In this document: positions 49,649 through 59,712 of the stretch, in pieces | How the letters are laid out: every line of letters begins with the position of its first letter | How positions within the stretch are numbered: the first letter of the stretch is position 1 | Assembly: GCA_037142555.1 (NCBI GenBank) | Contig: JBAXAJ010000002.1 | Span: 15,029 to 79,028 of the forward strand | Source of the DNA: Candidatus Shapirobacteria bacterium | GTDB taxonomy: Bacteria > Patescibacteriota > Microgenomatia > UBA12405 | Length of the DNA stretch: 64,000 nucleotides | Direction of reading: 5' to 3' | Notes under the pieces: model-generated | What the model was told of the DNA's origin: nothing | What the model saw: only the letters and a program-made list of their open reading frames with translations | The model's database searches: none | Made by a program: the position numbers and the translations under genes

Positions 49649-51544
49649 ATGCATTTTACTTGTCGTCCGTTTATTGGTAAACCAAGTGCTAATAACTGGT
49701 CTCAATATTGGGAAAATGAACCAGATGACCCAATATTAATTCATCAACGTGGACATCTCTTTGGTCTAATTAATCTTGGCATCGAGTCCAGAGAAGAGGA
49801 TTTAAACATCATCGGCCACGACATAATATACGAACTTAACCAAAATTATTTTTCTTGTGATAATCAAGAAAACATCCAAGAATGTCTAAAAAATGCCCTA
49901 ATTTCAGTAATAAACAATCCTTTGTATCAAACTAATAAACTAGAAATATTAATTGCAGTTGTCTTAAAAAATAATTTATATCTAGTTTCCTCTGGTCTTG
50001 GGAAAGTAATCCTTTGTCGAGATAACAAAATCAGCTCAATTTTAAAAAATGATAATCAAGAAATAAAAACTCTTTCTGGTCCAATTAACCCAGAAGATAA
50101 AATTTTTCTCAGCACTAATTCATTTTTTGAACAATTCACTTGGGAAAAAATAAAAATGGTCCTATCTAATCAGAAAATGGAAAATATAGAAGAAGACTTT
50201 CTTTCCACTCTATATTCTCTCGACAATCAAGATGGGCTTGCTTCTGTTTTAATTCAAACACACAATGAAGAAGACCAAACTCCGACTTTAGAGACCGAAG
50301 CAGCACCAAATGAATCTTTAGATGATTCTATTGCTGATTTCAATCAATTTTCACAAACTCAACAAATTCAAACTCCAAACCCTCCTAAAAAATCCATTTT
50401 TTCTTTTTTTAAAAGAGGAAATAAAGATTCAGTTTATATTTCTCATCACGACATTGGCGCTCTTTCAAAAAGAAAAAAAATAAACTTAGTGATTGCTATA
50501 GTCCTAATTTTAGCTTTAATAACCAGTTTTTATTTTGGCTATCAAAAAAATCAATCAATCCAAAATGAAAAGAAATATCAAAGTTTAAAATCAGAACTAG
50601 ACAAAAAATTCACCGACATCATTGCTGTCAAAAGTTTAAATTTAAATTCAGCTCAACAACTTGCTCGTGATTCAGAATCAATAATTAAAAAAATGACTGA
50701 TCTAAAACTTCACTCAGATGAAATCATAACTTATCAAACTCAAGTCCAACAAATATTATCTCAAACTGGTGCTACTGATCACTTCAGTCCAGCTCTTTTC
50801 TATGACATGTCAATTTCTTTCAAATCATCTCAATATTCCAAACTTCTTCTAAAAGGTGACAGTCTCTATCTTCTAGATTCAGCCAATGGTCGCCTAGACT
50901 CTCTAAATATCCCTAAAAAATCAAGTAAAAGCGTCATGGTTAATGACCAAATCAAAAACCTCAATTTTTTAGCTGAAAATAGTGGGGAACTATATTTAGC
51001 CAACAAAACTAACATATTTTTAGTCAAAAATACTTCTCTCGAGTCAAAAGTTGATCTTTCAACTTCCACAATTGATTTAACTGACATTAAGTTTTGGAAT
51101 GGAGCAATCTATGTTTTAGACCAAAAAAATCTAAACATTTGGAAACTAAATTCAAATTCAACTGCTTTTGGAGCTCCTCAACTTTGGTTAAAAAATGATG
51201 CTAAGCTCGACGCTAACCCTCTTTCTCTAGCGATTAATGGTAATATTTCGGTTTTACATAAAAATGGTCAAATCAGCTCTTATTCTAGTGGTGTTAAGCA
51301 AGATTTCAAATTAGTCCAACAAGGGGAGTCTTCTCAAACAAGTAACTTAAATATAACTCTAAACTCAGGAATTTTTGTTTTTGTTGATAATCAAAACATA
51401 ATTTATGTCTATAAAAAAACTGGTGAACTGCAATCAAAATATAATTTTGATAAATTAAAAATCGCCGACATTGCTGTTGATGAAAAAACTGCCTCAATCT
51501 TCGTTCTCGCCACTGACCAAAAAATCTATCAAATAAAATTATAG
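49649..51544 (+). CDS. Hypothetical single-pass membrane protein, 631 aa.
   Basis: Cytoplasmic N-terminal domain, a TM helix around residue 280, and a C-terminal extracytoplasmic domain. No recognised motif. Confidence 0.4.
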   Translation: MHFTCRPFIGKPSANNWSQYWENEPDDPILIHQRGHLFGLINLGIESREEDLNIIGHDIIYELNQNYFSCDNQENIQECLKNALISVINNPLYQTNKLEILIAVVLKNNLYLVSSGLGKVILCRDNKISSILKNDNQEIKTLSGPINPEDKIFLSTNSFFEQFTWEKIKMVLSNQKMENIEEDFLSTLYSLDNQDGLASVLIQTHNEEDQTPTLETEAAPNESLDDSIADFNQFSQTQQIQTPNPPKKSIFSFFKRGNKDSVYISHHDIGALSKRKKINLVIAIVLILALITSFYFGYQKNQSIQNEKKYQSLKSELDKKFTDIIAVKSLNLNSAQQLARDSESIIKKMTDLKLHSDEIITYQTQVQQILSQTGATDHFSPALFYDMSISFKSSQYSKLLLKGDSLYLLDSANGRLDSLNIPKKSSKSVMVNDQIKNLNFLAENSGELYLANKTNIFLVKNTSLESKVDLSTSTIDLTDIKFWNGAIYVLDQKNLNIWKLNSNSTAFGAPQLWLKNDAKLDANPLSLAINGNISVLHKNGQISSYSSGVKQDFKLVQQGESSQTSNLNITLNSGIFVFVDNQNIIYVYKKTGELQSKYNFDKLKIADIAVDEKTASIFVLATDQKIYQIKL

Positions 51545-51548
51545 TTTA

Positions 51549-51600
51549 GCCTCCCTGTCAAGGGAGGTGCCCGAAGGGCGGAGGGTTTTTTCTGTTAAAA
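51549..51600 (+). terminator. Tandem hairpins followed by T6; putative terminator.
   Basis: CCTCCCT-GTCA-AGGGAGG, then GCCCGAAGGGC, then GGAGGGTTTTTT. Confidence 0.45.
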
Positions 51601-51608
51601 TACATCAG

Positions 51609-52022
51609 ATGAAACATTTCAACAAAGAATCACGCGATTATGAATTTATCGCCAAAATTGAAGCCGGAATTGCCCTAAGTGGCTCTGACGCCAAATCTTT
51701 GCGCACACAAACTCCTCAATTTGCCAATTCTAAAGTTGAAATTCAAAATGGTCGTCCAGTTCTATTGAATCTTCAAATTCCTCTCTATAAATATTCTCAA
51801 GGTCAAACAATTGACACTACTGGTGAGAGAAACCTATTATTATCTCAAAAAGAAATTGCCAAACTCCTAAGCTATCGAAATCAAAAATACATGCTTATTC
51901 CTATTTCACTTTATGTCAAAGGCAAATGGTTCAAAGTCGAAATTGGTGTCGGCCGCAAAATGCGCAAATACGAAAAACGCGAAAAAATCAAAGCCAAAGA
52001 AATGGCTAGAATCATAAAATAA
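51609..52022 (+). CDS. smpB: SsrA-binding protein SmpB.
   Basis: KHFNKESRDYEFIAKIEAGIALSGSDAKSLR...KGKWFKVEIGVGRKMRKYEKREK. Start placed at the ATG at 51609, downstream of the terminator hairpins. Confidence 0.8.
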   Translation: MKHFNKESRDYEFIAKIEAGIALSGSDAKSLRTQTPQFANSKVEIQNGRPVLLNLQIPLYKYSQGQTIDTTGERNLLLSQKEIAKLLSYRNQKYMLIPISLYVKGKWFKVEIGVGRKMRKYEKREKIKAKEMARIIK

Positions 52023-52047
52023 TTTTAATATTAGGTTATAATCTTAT

Positions 52048-55000
52048 ATGCCTGAATTAAAAGGAAATAATGAGACACCATCTGTAGAAACTACCCCAAA
52101 AAAAATTGTTGAACAAAAAATTGACCAAAAACCAGAAGCAGAAGCATCAATCGAAAAAAATGAAGAGATTAATTCAACTAATTCAGAAATCAAACAAATA
52201 AATAAAGAAATAGAAGAAATCTCCCAACCAGACACTACTTCTAAAGAAGCTTTAATTAATAGAGATTGGTATTATATTAGAAGAGAAGAAACTATCTTCC
52301 CAAAAGGTTTTATTGATTCTCACCAGACCCAACTTCAAGAGCATGCTCCAGAACAAAAAAACGGTTTTATTGATAAAGTAGTTGCCACACCTTATATTCT
52401 AAAACTAAAAACATTAGGCGTAAAAAACGCTACTGAATTTTACAACGCTCTTAAACAACGAGGCTTTTCCAATGAATATATAGCAGTTAACGAAGTTGTA
52501 AAAAAATTAGAAGGCTTATCAATCAAAGATATTACTAGCGCTATCGATAAATTTAACAAACTTGGTTTTCATGTTGGCAGTTCCGATTTAGCTAGTGTTG
52601 ATTTTAAAGAATTAATCATAAAAATTAATAGTGTTCCTGATGCTCAGTTTGATTCCGTCTGTTCAGAACTAAATCCGTATTCCTTTTTGAATGATTTAAA
52701 TATGAAGAAACCAATTCGTATTGCTAATCTTGAATCCCACAAAACAGAAATTAATCCATTTTTAAATTCTCTTATTGAAACGGTTCAGAATGGCAAAATT
52801 GATCCGGAAATTAAAAAAAGACTAGATATTATTAAAGAAATAATATTATTAGATCCAACTAATAAGGAAGATATTTCAAGCCTAGTAAATATCAAAAGAG
52901 AACAATTAACTCCACAAAATATTTTTAATAAAGATAGCCAAATCAGTTTCCATTTACCGGAAGGATCAAGGGTTGATGATGATATTTTTGAAAAAAATTT
53001 TAAATTTATCTACCAAAACATCGATAAATTCAATAATCCGGAAGAAATTATTAGAAAATTATCTCAAAAGCAAATAGACAAACTCCAAAATAATGATAAA
53101 GGTGTTGCTGATTTTTTAAAAAAACTTACTTTAATTGATGATGACAGCACTAGAACAAGTGTTAGTGTTAATGAAATAATTACTTTTGTCACCAGAAATC
53201 AAGATAAAATAAGTTCATCTTTTAAAGACCAAAAACAAATGTCAGATTTTATTTTAGAACTAGCTGAAACTAAAACTTCAGACACTGAATCTCAAAAAAG
53301 AGACACTGCTTATTTTATAGAAAATCTTAAAAATATAAATATTTCTGAAGTTATTTTTTTTCCAATTACAGACGATAGATTATATTGGCAGGTATTTTCC
53401 AATACTCTAGACAGAGAATTCGCCGGAGATTTTATTACCAAAAAAGATATATATTTTGACAGTGATAATTCTCTCACTCCTTTATTTTTTGAAACTATTT
53501 TAAAAAATGGAGAATTCAACAACAGACTTATTGTTGAAAATTTTAACGGATATATCAAAGATAAACATACCGAAGAAGCCGATTTTACTTCAAAATTTTC
53601 TCCCAAAGACACAGTATTTTGGAAAACATTTTATTATAATTCTTATTCTTACAGAGATAGGTATCATAAATTTGTTTCTAACCTTGATGAATTAAAAGAG
53701 CTCCTTGGTGAGACTGACGCTATTAACCCAGAGTTTTTCACAAAAATTGCAAATGAATATGAAGGGAAAGGTTATTTGGAATGGATTTTAACAGATGAAA
53801 TATTAGATAGTTTACCCGCACAAGATAAAGTTTTTTGGACACTATTCAAAGATCTTAATGGTGATTTGAACGGTGGTACCTATATAGATAAATTATTAGA
53901 ATTAAAAGAAAATTTTTCTCAATATTTTAATGAAAAAAACGAATTTAATTCTAGTTTTTTTGAAATGTTAAATCATAATTTTGATTTAGAAAAACTCAAA
54001 GAGTATCTTACTTTGGAAAACATTGAAAAACTTGAAAATCCCCAAGAAAAATTATTTTGGAATGTATATAAAAGTTTACTTCCTAAAGATTCTGATGAAC
54101 GATTTGGAATAGTTAGCGACTCTAAACTAGAAATAAGAAATTTTTTGAATGATAATCAAGCTGAATTTTATTCAAAATACATTACTCCAGATAATAAATT
54201 AAGTGGGTCATTTATATTTGATGTTTCAAAAATAAAATATATTAATGAAAAATTTACAGATGTTTTTTCTCAAGAATTTTTAGACAATCTAGATCCTAAA
54301 GAAAAAATGTTTTGGACTTTTTATTGTAATGCTGATGTCTATACTCAAGTAAACTTCGGGAATAAAGAAAACACAATTAGAGAAATATTAATTTCCAACA
54401 AAGACGATTATAGTAAATTATTAAATAAAGATGGTTTCCCGACTTCGCTATTATTTGAATTAGCCACAAAATTATCACACGAAGATGAATATAAACACTC
54501 CATTATTAATTTAAGTAATCTTTCTGATGAAGTTTTAAACACTTTCAGTCCGCAGGATAAAGCCTTTTGGACAGCCTACAGAGACTGTTTCTTTATTAAT
54601 GGTGAATTGAAGGAAGATGATTTGTACATAAAAAGCATAACAATGTTTCTGACAGCTAACCACTCTGATTTTTCTAAATTTTTAGATAATAATTACAATT
54701 TTAATAGTTTATTTTTAGAATCGATAGTCAAAAAAAATCTTGCTATTCCAGACAGATTTTTAACCGATGAGAAATTATCATTTCTTACTGATGGTAAAAA
54801 AATATGGGAAATAATTAGGCAAAACAATATGTCTAAGTTTAATGAATTTGTTCTTAATAATAAAGATCAGCTTGATCAATTTTTTGATAATCAAAACATA
54901 CCTACTTTTATATTTTATGAAAATGCTATGTCACAAGGACTTATTATTGATACTTGGAAACATTTATTAACAACAGAACAAATATCTAACTTTCCTGAAG

Positions 55001-58000
55001 AATCAAGAAAATTTTCATATATTTTAAAAAGTTTGGTTGATAAAGAATGCCCCACAGATATACTAAATCTTGTAATTAAAAATCAAAATAATATTGATTT
55101 ATTTTTTAATAAAGAAGGTCAAATAACGAATACTTTTCTCGAAGCCATATCAAAAATAGTTAAAGAGCCAGGCTACTATCAAAATTTTATAATCAATTCG
55201 CTTTTAACTCCGGAGATAATTAAGACTTTTCCTTTAAATGAACAAAAGTTTTGGGATACAATTTTAAATATAGATATAGATAGTAAATATCTTGATTCTT
55301 ATAGAATTAGACAAAGACTTTTTCAGTACAAAGATAATATTGATCAATTTATCGACAACAATAATAAACCGACTGCTTCATTTTTTAAGTCATTAATCAG
55401 TTCTGAAGATGCATACTCTCTGGGCAATGAAGGATTTATTTTTAATTATTTTACTCCAGAATTAATTGAATCATTTAGTGAAGCAGATAAATCTTTTATA
55501 AATAAATTTAATTTGGAGATATTAAAAGATTTTAATGAAGCTGAAGTTACAACATACCGAGCTTTTTTAATAAAAAATCAAGATAATTTAGATACTTTTT
55601 TTGATACATCTAATAACCCTTCATCTTTATTAATCGAATCTCTAATTTTAAATAAAGATACTCTTAATGATAAAAATATAATAAACAAATTTTTATCATC
55701 AGAAATATTAAATACATTTTCAACTGAAGATCAAAATTTTTGGAGTCTCTTTAGAAGAGACACCCAAAATAATGAAGGACTAGAAAAATTCTTAATTAAA
55801 CATAAAAATGAGATAGACATTTTATATAACCCAGATGATTTATCTGTTACTCTATCATTTATAGAATTAGCTATAAATGAAAACTATAGTTTTAGGGTAA
55901 GGAATTTGGTTACTCCAGATTTTATTAAAAACCGACCAGAATCAGAAACTAAATTTTGGAATAATTTAAATTCAACAAATGAACAGGTTACAAATATTAT
56001 TCTAAAAAATATTTTTGAAAATGAAATATCGGAAATTGAAAACAATCCTTTCTTTAAATTAATCTCACAAGACAAACTTAATTTCTTCGATTTAAGTCAC
56101 GATTTAGATATAGAGATTGGGAAATATATTAATCAATCTGGTTCACTTTCTCAAAAGGATTGTAAAACTCTTATTGAATTTGGGATTAATATAAGCAGAG
56201 AATCAATTATTTCAACAGATCAAATTGAGATAAATCAATCAAATTATAAATCATTATTGATACTTTACATCAAGTCTCAACAAGATGGAAACCAGTATTT
56301 AGCACCTATATTAAGCAAACTAGAACCTTTGTTTAATGAATCTAAAACCAAAAACTTTTGTCTCCAACAACTTCAAGACGAATGGAAATTATATTTAAAT
56401 TCTGGGGAAACAGGGGAGTTATCATTTTCTCTAAAATTATTTTCCAAATTTGTCACTGATCTCGACAGTGCCGGTCCACTTAGTCAAATAAAATCTTTAA
56501 GTCTTTTAATTGACAGTGTCGATAATTCTTTTTCTAAAAAAACAACTGTTCAACGAAGCAAAGAGGAAATATTAAGCGGATTATTAGAGATAGAAGATAA
56601 AAAATGGTCTAACGAAGCTAAAACCAATTTTTATAATATCTCCAAAGATATTATTGATGCTGCTCCAAGTCTTTTCTCTGATTATCTGTCTCTTTTTAAA
56701 AAATTACCACCAGCAGAGCTAAAAAGATTTGTTGAAGAAATCTATCCATTATACAAAACAAAATTAGTATTAATAGAAAAAGAAAAAAACAATCAAAAAT
56801 ATTATGAACCTAGCCAATTATTAGAACTAAGAAAAGATATCAGAGCCTTTAATGATTTTGATTCTCAAAGAGTAAATCTATTAGAAGATATAAAAGAAGC
56901 ATTTTCCACTCGTTTTGACATTATAAAAATACCAGAAAATTTTAGCCCAGAACTTGTCAGATCAATTAAAAATATTTCTACTTATTTAAGTAATCTTAAT
57001 GATAGAACTCCAGAAAAAGAAACAATTCTTGGTTTTTATTTATCATTAATGGTTAATGATCGTTGGGATGATTTTAGAAATGGTAAAGAAATTAATCCCA
57101 GAGATTATGTCTCAGAAAGTAAAAGTCTCATAATAGAAAAATTTCTCGAAGATAGAAAAAAAACAATATCAAAATTAACCGAAAATACTGGTATCAAAGA
57201 TGAAGAAATTTCTGAATTTATTAAATTATTACAATCAGAAACTCAAAATGTCAAAGTCGGTGATATCGAAACAATCGATATTAAATTAAACAATATTGTC
57301 CAAAACTTACATGAATTACAAGATTTAGATTTATATCCAGAGGCCTTAGATAAACAAAGAATGGAATTACTCCAGCTTTTTGGTAATAAAGGAGTCGGAT
57401 CAACTGTTGCCAAAATATATCAACAATTAACCAACCCCACAAAAAATATTTCTCTATCAGAAAATGAAATTAAAATTAAACAACAAATAATTGATATTTG
57501 TCAGGCCACAGGCCTCGATTTTAATAATCCACAAGTTATAAAAGAACATTTTCAAGATGGAATCAGAGCTTTTGCCACCCTAGTTAATATGTCTTCATCT
57601 GTAGAAGAATCAAATGTTGAAGGTGAAATAGAAATTTTAAGAAAAATTTTACAACCATCCCCAGAAATTATAGATATATTTAACAGATTAGGTGAAGATT
57701 TTAAGGTCAGTTCAGGGGCAATGGCTCTTTCTCAAGATTTAGATTATTTAGACAATTTAGCTATTAAAAAAGAATCTCTATTAGATCCAGCCGAAAAAGA
57801 AATTATTTCAGAATATATTTTAAAGATTAAAGATCAAGTTTTAAAACTAGAACAAGTGTATGATCAAATAAAAAGTAAATTTGAAAATTTAAAACAAGGT
57901 AATTCTAGTTCACAAAATATCTTATTAAATGAAAAATTAAAAGAAATAGAAAAAATTATTAACAGTCAATCAACTCAACAAGTAATCACCAGCACTACCA

Positions 58001-58536
58001 CTAATAATTTAAATGTCGTTATCGAAAATATTAGAGCTTGTCTCTCCTGCACTGAAAAAGGTTGTAATAATGATACTGATTTAACATTTGGTGATATTAA
58101 TAAATTTTATGTATACAGCCAATCAGAAAATCAACCAAATAACAGTATTTCAGATCAACTAGTTTATCTAGAACCAATTGTTAGACAAGATGGTTCTAAT
58201 GAAATATCTTTTGTTTTTGACAATTTATATGGCACAAGGACTCCTTCAATCTTAGAAAATCAAATAGAAACAGTCATAAAAAAAGCCAGAATAATAAAAC
58301 AAAAATTTCCAAATCTAAAAATTTCTCTCTTTGTTTCCAACAGTGCTTTATTAAGTAGTGGTTTGCCAGTTGATAGACTAGTTCAAAAATTTAAAGTTGA
58401 AAAATTATCATCAGAATTAGAAAAAGTTGAAGTCGATATAATTGAGTCAGCTGCTGGCGATCATTATATTGAGATTGGTGGAGGCGCCAGAACATCTGGA
58501 AAAAGAAAAGTAGATGGAATTATTGTTAATATTTGA
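52048..58536 (+). CDS. Giant repetitive acidic protein, 2162 aa, no signal peptide.
   Basis: Uninterrupted 6.5-kb ORF. A central ~830 aa consists of about 10-12 degenerate ~100-aa tandem repeats, each containing a ...L(S/T)xExLxxF(S/P)xx(D/E)KxFWxx(Y/F)... motif. Confidence 0.7.
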   Translation: MPELKGNNETPSVETTPKKIVEQKIDQKPEAEASIEKNEEINSTNSEIKQINKEIEEISQPDTTSKEALINRDWYYIRREETIFPKGFIDSHQTQLQEHAPEQKNGFIDKVVATPYILKLKTLGVKNATEFYNALKQRGFSNEYIAVNEVVKKLEGLSIKDITSAIDKFNKLGFHVGSSDLASVDFKELIIKINSVPDAQFDSVCSELNPYSFLNDLNMKKPIRIANLESHKTEINPFLNSLIETVQNGKIDPEIKKRLDIIKEIILLDPTNKEDISSLVNIKREQLTPQNIFNKDSQISFHLPEGSRVDDDIFEKNFKFIYQNIDKFNNPEEIIRKLSQKQIDKLQNNDKGVADFLKKLTLIDDDSTRTSVSVNEIITFVTRNQDKISSSFKDQKQMSDFILELAETKTSDTESQKRDTAYFIENLKNINISEVIFFPITDDRLYWQVFSNTLDREFAGDFITKKDIYFDSDNSLTPLFFETILKNGEFNNRLIVENFNGYIKDKHTEEADFTSKFSPKDTVFWKTFYYNSYSYRDRYHKFVSNLDELKELLGETDAINPEFFTKIANEYEGKGYLEWILTDEILDSLPAQDKVFWTLFKDLNGDLNGGTYIDKLLELKENFSQYFNEKNEFNSSFFEMLNHNFDLEKLKEYLTLENIEKLENPQEKLFWNVYKSLLPKDSDERFGIVSDSKLEIRNFLNDNQAEFYSKYITPDNKLSGSFIFDVSKIKYINEKFTDVFSQEFLDNLDPKEKMFWTFYCNADVYTQVNFGNKENTIREILISNKDDYSKLLNKDGFPTSLLFELATKLSHEDEYKHSIINLSNLSDEVLNTFSPQDKAFWTAYRDCFFINGELKEDDLYIKSITMFLTANHSDFSKFLDNNYNFNSLFLESIVKKNLAIPDRFLTDEKLSFLTDGKKIWEIIRQNNMSKFNEFVLNNKDQLDQFFDNQNIPTFIFYENAMSQGLIIDTWKHLLTTEQISNFPEESRKFSYILKSLVDKECPTDILNLVIKNQNNIDLFFNKEGQITNTFLEAISKIVKEPGYYQNFIINSLLTPEIIKTFPLNEQKFWDTILNIDIDSKYLDSYRIRQRLFQYKDNIDQFIDNNNKPTASFFKSLISSEDAYSLGNEGFIFNYFTPELIESFSEADKSFINKFNLEILKDFNEAEVTTYRAFLIKNQDNLDTFFDTSNNPSSLLIESLILNKDTLNDKNIINKFLSSEILNTFSTEDQNFWSLFRRDTQNNEGLEKFLIKHKNEIDILYNPDDLSVTLSFIELAINENYSFRVRNLVTPDFIKNRPESETKFWNNLNSTNEQVTNIILKNIFENEISEIENNPFFKLISQDKLNFFDLSHDLDIEIGKYINQSGSLSQKDCKTLIEFGINISRESIISTDQIEINQSNYKSLLILYIKSQQDGNQYLAPILSKLEPLFNESKTKNFCLQQLQDEWKLYLNSGETGELSFSLKLFSKFVTDLDSAGPLSQIKSLSLLIDSVDNSFSKKTTVQRSKEEILSGLLEIEDKKWSNEAKTNFYNISKDIIDAAPSLFSDYLSLFKKLPPAELKRFVEEIYPLYKTKLVLIEKEKNNQKYYEPSQLLELRKDIRAFNDFDSQRVNLLEDIKEAFSTRFDIIKIPENFSPELVRSIKNISTYLSNLNDRTPEKETILGFYLSLMVNDRWDDFRNGKEINPRDYVSESKSLIIEKFLEDRKKTISKLTENTGIKDEEISEFIKLLQSETQNVKVGDIETIDIKLNNIVQNLHELQDLDLYPEALDKQRMELLQLFGNKGVGSTVAKIYQQLTNPTKNISLSENEIKIKQQIIDICQATGLDFNNPQVIKEHFQDGIRAFATLVNMSSSVEESNVEGEIEILRKILQPSPEIIDIFNRLGEDFKVSSGAMALSQDLDYLDNLAIKKESLLDPAEKEIISEYILKIKDQVLKLEQVYDQIKSKFENLKQGNSSSQNILLNEKLKEIEKIINSQSTQQVITSTTTNNLNVVIENIRACLSCTEKGCNNDTDLTFGDINKFYVYSQSENQPNNSISDQLVYLEPIVRQDGSNEISFVFDNLYGTRTPSILENQIETVIKKARIIKQKFPNLKISLFVSNSALLSSGLPVDRLVQKFKVEKLSSELEKVEVDIIESAAGDHYIEIGGGARTSGKRKVDGIIVNI
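53550..56050 (+). repeat. In-frame degenerate tandem repeats (~300 nt unit) inside the giant gene.
   Basis: Recurrent motifs: LDSLPAQDKVFWTLF, LENPQEKLFWNVY, LDPKEKMFWTFY, FSPQDKAFWTAY, FPLNEQKFWDTI, FSTEDQNFWSLF and RPESETKFWNNL. Confidence 0.6.
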
Positions 58537-58573
58537 GGATTTATCCATCCGAAGCTCCAATAATAGGAGCGTA

Positions 58574-58998
58574 GGAGGAGATGCTCGGTATCGAGCCGAG
58601 GTCCGAAAGCGGATTTTAAAAAACGTCTACAAGCTTAAGTTACTTTCTCCTACACTTTCAACAGCTAAAGTAAATGAAAAGCGTTGAAACGTCGATTAGT
58701 GATGGAATTACCCACCTCTTAATTCCGATAATAGTCGAGAACCATCGGAAAGCATTCTAGTTTAGTTGACACTTTCTAATTTCCTCTAGAATAGAAAACT
58801 AAAAAATGGTTGGCTACAACTTAAGCGAAAGCTAAAGCTGGAGCAGCTGCTTTTTGAAAACCGAAGCCTTCGAAAGCAGTTAAATCAACACCAAAAGATT
58901 TTTTGGCATAATTGTTTTGACCCTGTTTAACGGCTCAATGGATCAAAGCCGGCTTGCAGTTTTTTAAAGTACTCACTCCGTCAATGCAATACATCTCC
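58574..58998 (-). ncRNA. ssrA: tmRNA (transfer-messenger RNA).
   Basis: Read on the minus strand:
- the 5' end GGAGAUGUAUUGCAUUGACGGAG resembles tmRNA 5' ends;
- a tag-like reading frame GCA GCU GCU CCA GCU UUA GCU UUC GCU UAA (AAAPALAFA*) follows an A-rich stretch, at plus-strand 58821-58850;
- the 3' end has a T arm CUCGG-CUCGAUA-CCGAG and CAUCUCC pairing with the 5' GGAGAUG;
- an extended -10 TGCTATAAT lies just upstream (plus-strand 59009-59017). Confidence 0.65.
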
Positions 58999-59070
58999 AG
59001 AGGCATATATTATAGCACAAGTCTCCCTTGTCAAAGGGAGATTTAGAGGGATTTGTACTATAATTAACAA

Positions 59071-59712
59071 ATGTCTGTTTTTCTTGATTTAATTTTTCCA
59101 AAGACTTGTTTTGGTTGCAAAAAAATTGGTCGTTATTTTTGTCAAAATTGTCTTGATGAGCAAAACACTTTAGCGATTGAAACTAGAGACAAAAATATTG
59201 AAGGCCGTTTGAGTATTTTTAGCTATAAAAAAATGGTTAAAAATGCCATCAGAGAACTTAAATATAACTTCACCACCGATTTAATAGGTGAGTTGTCAAA
59301 AATTTGTTCTAATAAAATCAAAACTGATTATCCTAACCTACTTAAATATTGGCAAGATAATTCTTTTGTCATGGTTCCAATTCCACTTCATCCATATCGC
59401 CAAAATTGGCGCTCATTTAACCAATCAGCCATCTTAGCTAAAAAAATTGCTTTTAGTCTAAAACTAAAATATCGAGATGATTTTTTAAAAAGGAATAAGT
59501 ACACCGAATCACAGGCAAAATTTAGAAACAAATCTTCTCGAATTAAAAATATAAGTGATGTTTTTTGTCTCGATCCAAACATCAAAAATATACCTAAAAA
59601 AATTATTCTTTTTGATGATGTTTACACTACTGGTTCAACTCTAAATTCAGCTCTAAAACTCTTTAAAATCGACGATCAAAATTGTCACTGGTTTCTGGCT
59701 GTGGCTGGATAA
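59071..59712 (+). CDS. ComF-family (ComFC-like) phosphoribosyltransferase-domain protein.
   Basis: N-terminal CFGCKK...CQNC zinc finger and C-terminal ILFDDVYTTGSTL PRTase motif. Confidence 0.6.
   Translation: MSVFLDLIFPKTCFGCKKIGRYFCQNCLDEQNTLAIETRDKNIEGRLSIFSYKKMVKNAIRELKYNFTTDLIGELSKICSNKIKTDYPNLLKYWQDNSFVMVPIPLHPYRQNWRSFNQSAILAKKIAFSLKLKYRDDFLKRNKYTESQAKFRNKSSRIKNISDVFCLDPNIKNIPKKIILFDDVYTTGSTLNSALKLFKIDDQNCHWFLAVAG

Noticed and set aside
58537-59070. Reading the 530-bp ORF-free region on the plus strand as RNase P RNA or a plus-strand tmRNA.
   Set aside because: No P4/GGAAAGUCCGG-type RNase P motifs are present. The tag-like reading frame, the 5' GGAGAUG...GACGG motif and the T arm/acceptor complementarity are all on the minus strand.
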